Assembly: GCA_964035545.1 (NCBI GenBank)
Contig: OZ037768.1
Location: 21,497,700-21,561,699 of the forward strand
Direction of reading: 5' to 3'
DNA length: 64,000 nt
Source of the DNA: Bugula neritina
Taxonomy: Eukaryota > Animalia > Bryozoa
Notes under the pieces: model-generated
What the model was told of the DNA's origin: nothing
The model's input: the letters and a program-made list of their open reading frames with translations, nothing else
Databases searched by the model: none
In this document: piece by piece, positions 61,006 to 64,000 of the stretch
How the letters are laid out: every line of letters begins with the position of its first letter
How positions within the stretch are numbered: position 1 is the first letter of the stretch
Translations under genes and position numbers: made by a program

Positions 61006-61077
61006 TCACCTACTGACACCTGTTAACACCTACTGACACCTGTTAGCACCTACTGACACCTATTAACACCTACTGAT
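61006..61077. repeat. 20 bp minisatellite (CACCTACTGACACCTGTTAA), about 3.5 copies
   Basis: Seen directly. Confidence 0.85.
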
Positions 61078-62694
61078 GAAAAGGCATCACATGCATATAA
61101 ATCTATCACAAAGAAATAGCTGCTTTGAAATAAAACCTGAAGTTACTCACATCTACTAAAAACAAGTGTAGACCACAAAATTGGTATTTTATAACCAGAA
61201 TTATACATCAGAGGGCATCAGCCATGTGAAGATAAACTCATCATAACAAGCTTTCAAGACACTGGCAGTGTGGTTAGGGTAGTGTAAATATTTTGTATAT
61301 ACAAATCAGAGCTGGACAATTTATAAACTCATAAAATATTTCTCTTACATCAACTAAAGAAAAGTGTTTTTGATAACATTTGGGCTGAGATCAACAATGT
61401 CATGAGATAAAGAATTGTCCAGAATTATACAAAACTCTTTAAACATATATCATATTTCATCCAAACATAAATTGATTTGCTCTCAGGTTTAATTATAATA
61501 TTTAAATCAATATATAACAACTGTAGAGTATAATAAAATAATTATTGCAGAATAAATATAATTATACTGCAATCTGTTGCAAATTGTCTTATAATTACTA
61601 AAAGGAAGTTACTTATATAATTTAGAGTTGTGTGCTCTTAGCTAAGTGTAGGCCGTGTAGCCCACAGGAAATAGCTGAACTACTAGTTTGATGACAAAAG
61701 AGGGCACCTGTAAGCAGTCTGTCACCGCAGAGAGTGGAGTAAAAATGGCGACACATATGGGTGTCAGATATTCAAGCACCTCCTTAAAATTGTCATCCAT
61801 TTATGGTGCTTACAAAAAAATGCATGAACTTTAGATACTTTTCATCTATATAATGCCATTATTTAATGGTGAGTTTAGGAATATTACATAATTAGTGAAA
61901 CATTTCTTCTACTAAATCCTATTCCGAATCTCGGTACTAGAGTAGCAAATTTGGAGAATATGTATTCTTTCAATTCCCAAATATTCAAAAATAATTATAA
62001 TCATTGTTGTTCTTATACCTAAAAGAGATTTTCCTGCTATAAATAGTTGCTAAGCAAACTTGTATCTATGATTTAGAGCAGAAAAATAGGCAACACCCTT
62101 CAATAGAAGATAACTCTAGGCTAGTTGCCTAGTTGCTCTACATGAAATCTACCAGCAACCCATTCATTAGATAAATTCAAACAATTATTTTGTGTCCTTA
62201 TTACTTTGTGGTTGTGATAATGATAATGCAAGACGGCAATACAATGCTATGCTATCACAACTCTAACATGCCCCATGTTCAAAAAAATTCTTTTCCAGGG
62301 TCTAGAGGGGTGAAGCAGCTTATTCTCAAGAAATATAACTTGTTTATTTAAATGACTTGATAAATATTTGTAAAAAATTGTACTGCCAAATGACCATCAC
62401 ACATGCTTTGTTTTTGACTTTCTGCCTGTTTTTCAAGGTCAGTGTTAGGGTCATTGTAATATTATTTTGCCATGAAAATCAATTTGATGACTCAGCTATC
62501 AGGATCTTGATTCACTAGGGTGTCCAATCTATATGCCTAGTTCACAAAATCCTGTTAGAACAAGTAAATTGGCAAATTGGTCTATCTGCTTCTCGATACC
62601 ATAAAAATGGGGATGGTGATTTTGCTGTACAAGCTAATGTATCTAATACTGGTAGTTAAATATGTATTCCACTGAATCACTATGTAAAATAATT

Positions 62695-62781
62695 CCCCCA
62701 CAGGGATTCAAACCACAGACCTCTGGCTTGCAAGCAGGGGCTACTGGGTAACTCAACACTACACACTAGTAGCAATGTATT
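62695..62781 (-). mobile_element. tRNA-derived SINE-like repeat, family A (internally deleted copy)
   Basis: Reverse complement GTGTTGAGTTACCCAGTAGCCCCTGCTTGCAAGCCAGAGGTCTGTGGTTTGAATCCCTGTGGGGG matches 6407-6495 without the A-box/D-arm. Confidence 0.6.
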
Positions 62782-64000
62782 TCACCTTTACCTCACCTTA
62801 AAGCTGAACATGTTTTGACTAGAAATAAGTGAAACAGAAGTTTCATAAGAAAAATTACACAATATTAGATTTCACCGCTGTAGGCATGGATAGCTAATCA
62901 AATGATTAAAGCTACAGCATGTATGGGTTTAGCAGAAGGCTTTCATGCATGCTTTATTTCGAAAGTCTTTTTATCAAAAAAAAAACGTAGCTCATATGGG
63001 CTAACCACAGCGACTGTTCACATAACCACAGACAAGATGGCCCGTAACCCTCACCACTGGATACATCCCCAATCAATTAACTCATGTAGGAGCAGTTATA
63101 GTTCTTCAATTTTATTGTCAAATTTTAGTTTGGGGCGCGAGTTGAAATTCTCACGAGGACATAACTTCATATGCTACATTTCTAATTTAGAACACAGGCT
63201 TTTCTCAATTTCTCTATTACTGGTAGGTTTTCAACCAGGCGGCCTATGAGATGGTCCTGTACAAAGTAATGTTAGACTATAATGTCCGGAAACTAGACTT
63301 AGCTGTTTAGAACTCTTGAGCAGCTCCTCAATACCACAGTCTGCACTCGAATTCCCCTCAGCATGAGAACAGTCGACCACAAAAAACTTTATCTGAAGTG
63401 GGAAAAATTCTGTAGCTGTTTGAATAGCCATATTGACAATTTCCTAACTATTAGTCTACCAACCAAAGTAATTGGTTACCAAATACAGCTTTCCACAATG
63501 TTAATGACCTCTAGAAAAGGGTAGTTTTCAAAAGTATAGTTTAGCTGGCTAAGATCAGGTTATAGGTGCAATAATGGAACAATTGAGAAAAGCCTATGTT
63601 CTAGACTAGAAATGAAGCAAAAGAAGTTATGTTCTCACAAGAACTTCTACCACTCCCCAAACCAAAATTCAATCAAAATATCAAAGAACTTCCAATAGCT
63701 CGATTTCTCCACTACTGCTCTTAAATGGAGCTAAGATCAGTCTTAGTCTGTACTAGAATCAATGCCAACTCCAGTAACTCATGGAGAGGGGGGGGGGTAT
63801 AGGTGGGACTGCACTACTATAGTTTCACATGACAACTTGACCAGCAGCATAGGTGACCAGGCCAACCCTTATATCAATGCTTACTCAAAGCTGCTTCTTT
63901 GTTCCACAGACAAACACGGCTAGGACAATCACCCTTGAATAACTATACCTAGTACCTCCATTTCTTTATGTTTTGATCTTAGATAGGGGTGGGATATACT

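Noticed and set aside
61709-63392. Candidate upstream exons of the minus-strand gene (near 61709-61808, 62797-62817 and 63300-63392)
   Set aside because: Splice-like signals are present, but I could not join them in a consistent phase to the exon starting at 60886.

Overview
AT-rich, intron-containing eukaryotic DNA, most likely from an invertebrate animal. I assembled eight spliced genes by hand from GT-AG exon chains with consistent phases. (1) An uncharacterised minus-strand gene whose >4.6 kb exon runs off the left edge and contains two tiers of protein repeats. (2) UBA5 (minus strand, 11 exons), with a near-intact CR1/L2-group LINE in intron 1 and a 1.4 kb (ACT)n array in its last intron. 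(3) MRPL57/mL63 (minus), head-to-head with (4) WARS2 (plus). (5) An 11-exon gene for a predicted type II membrane protein whose ectodomain is a galactose-mutarotase (GALM) fold lacking the catalytic residues. (6) HACD/PTPLA-like dehydratase. (7) A two-exon tyrosine kinase with a TM helix and almost no ectodomain, nested antisense in an intron of (8) an uncharacterised minus-strand gene. The window also holds two tRNA-derived SINE families, a truncated second LINE, MITE-like inverted repeats, a pure 1.45 kb (GT)n tract and many intronic minisatellites. The best novelty candidates are the membrane-anchored pseudo-mutarotase and the nested ectodomain-less RTK. All homology calls come from recalled family motifs, not database searches.
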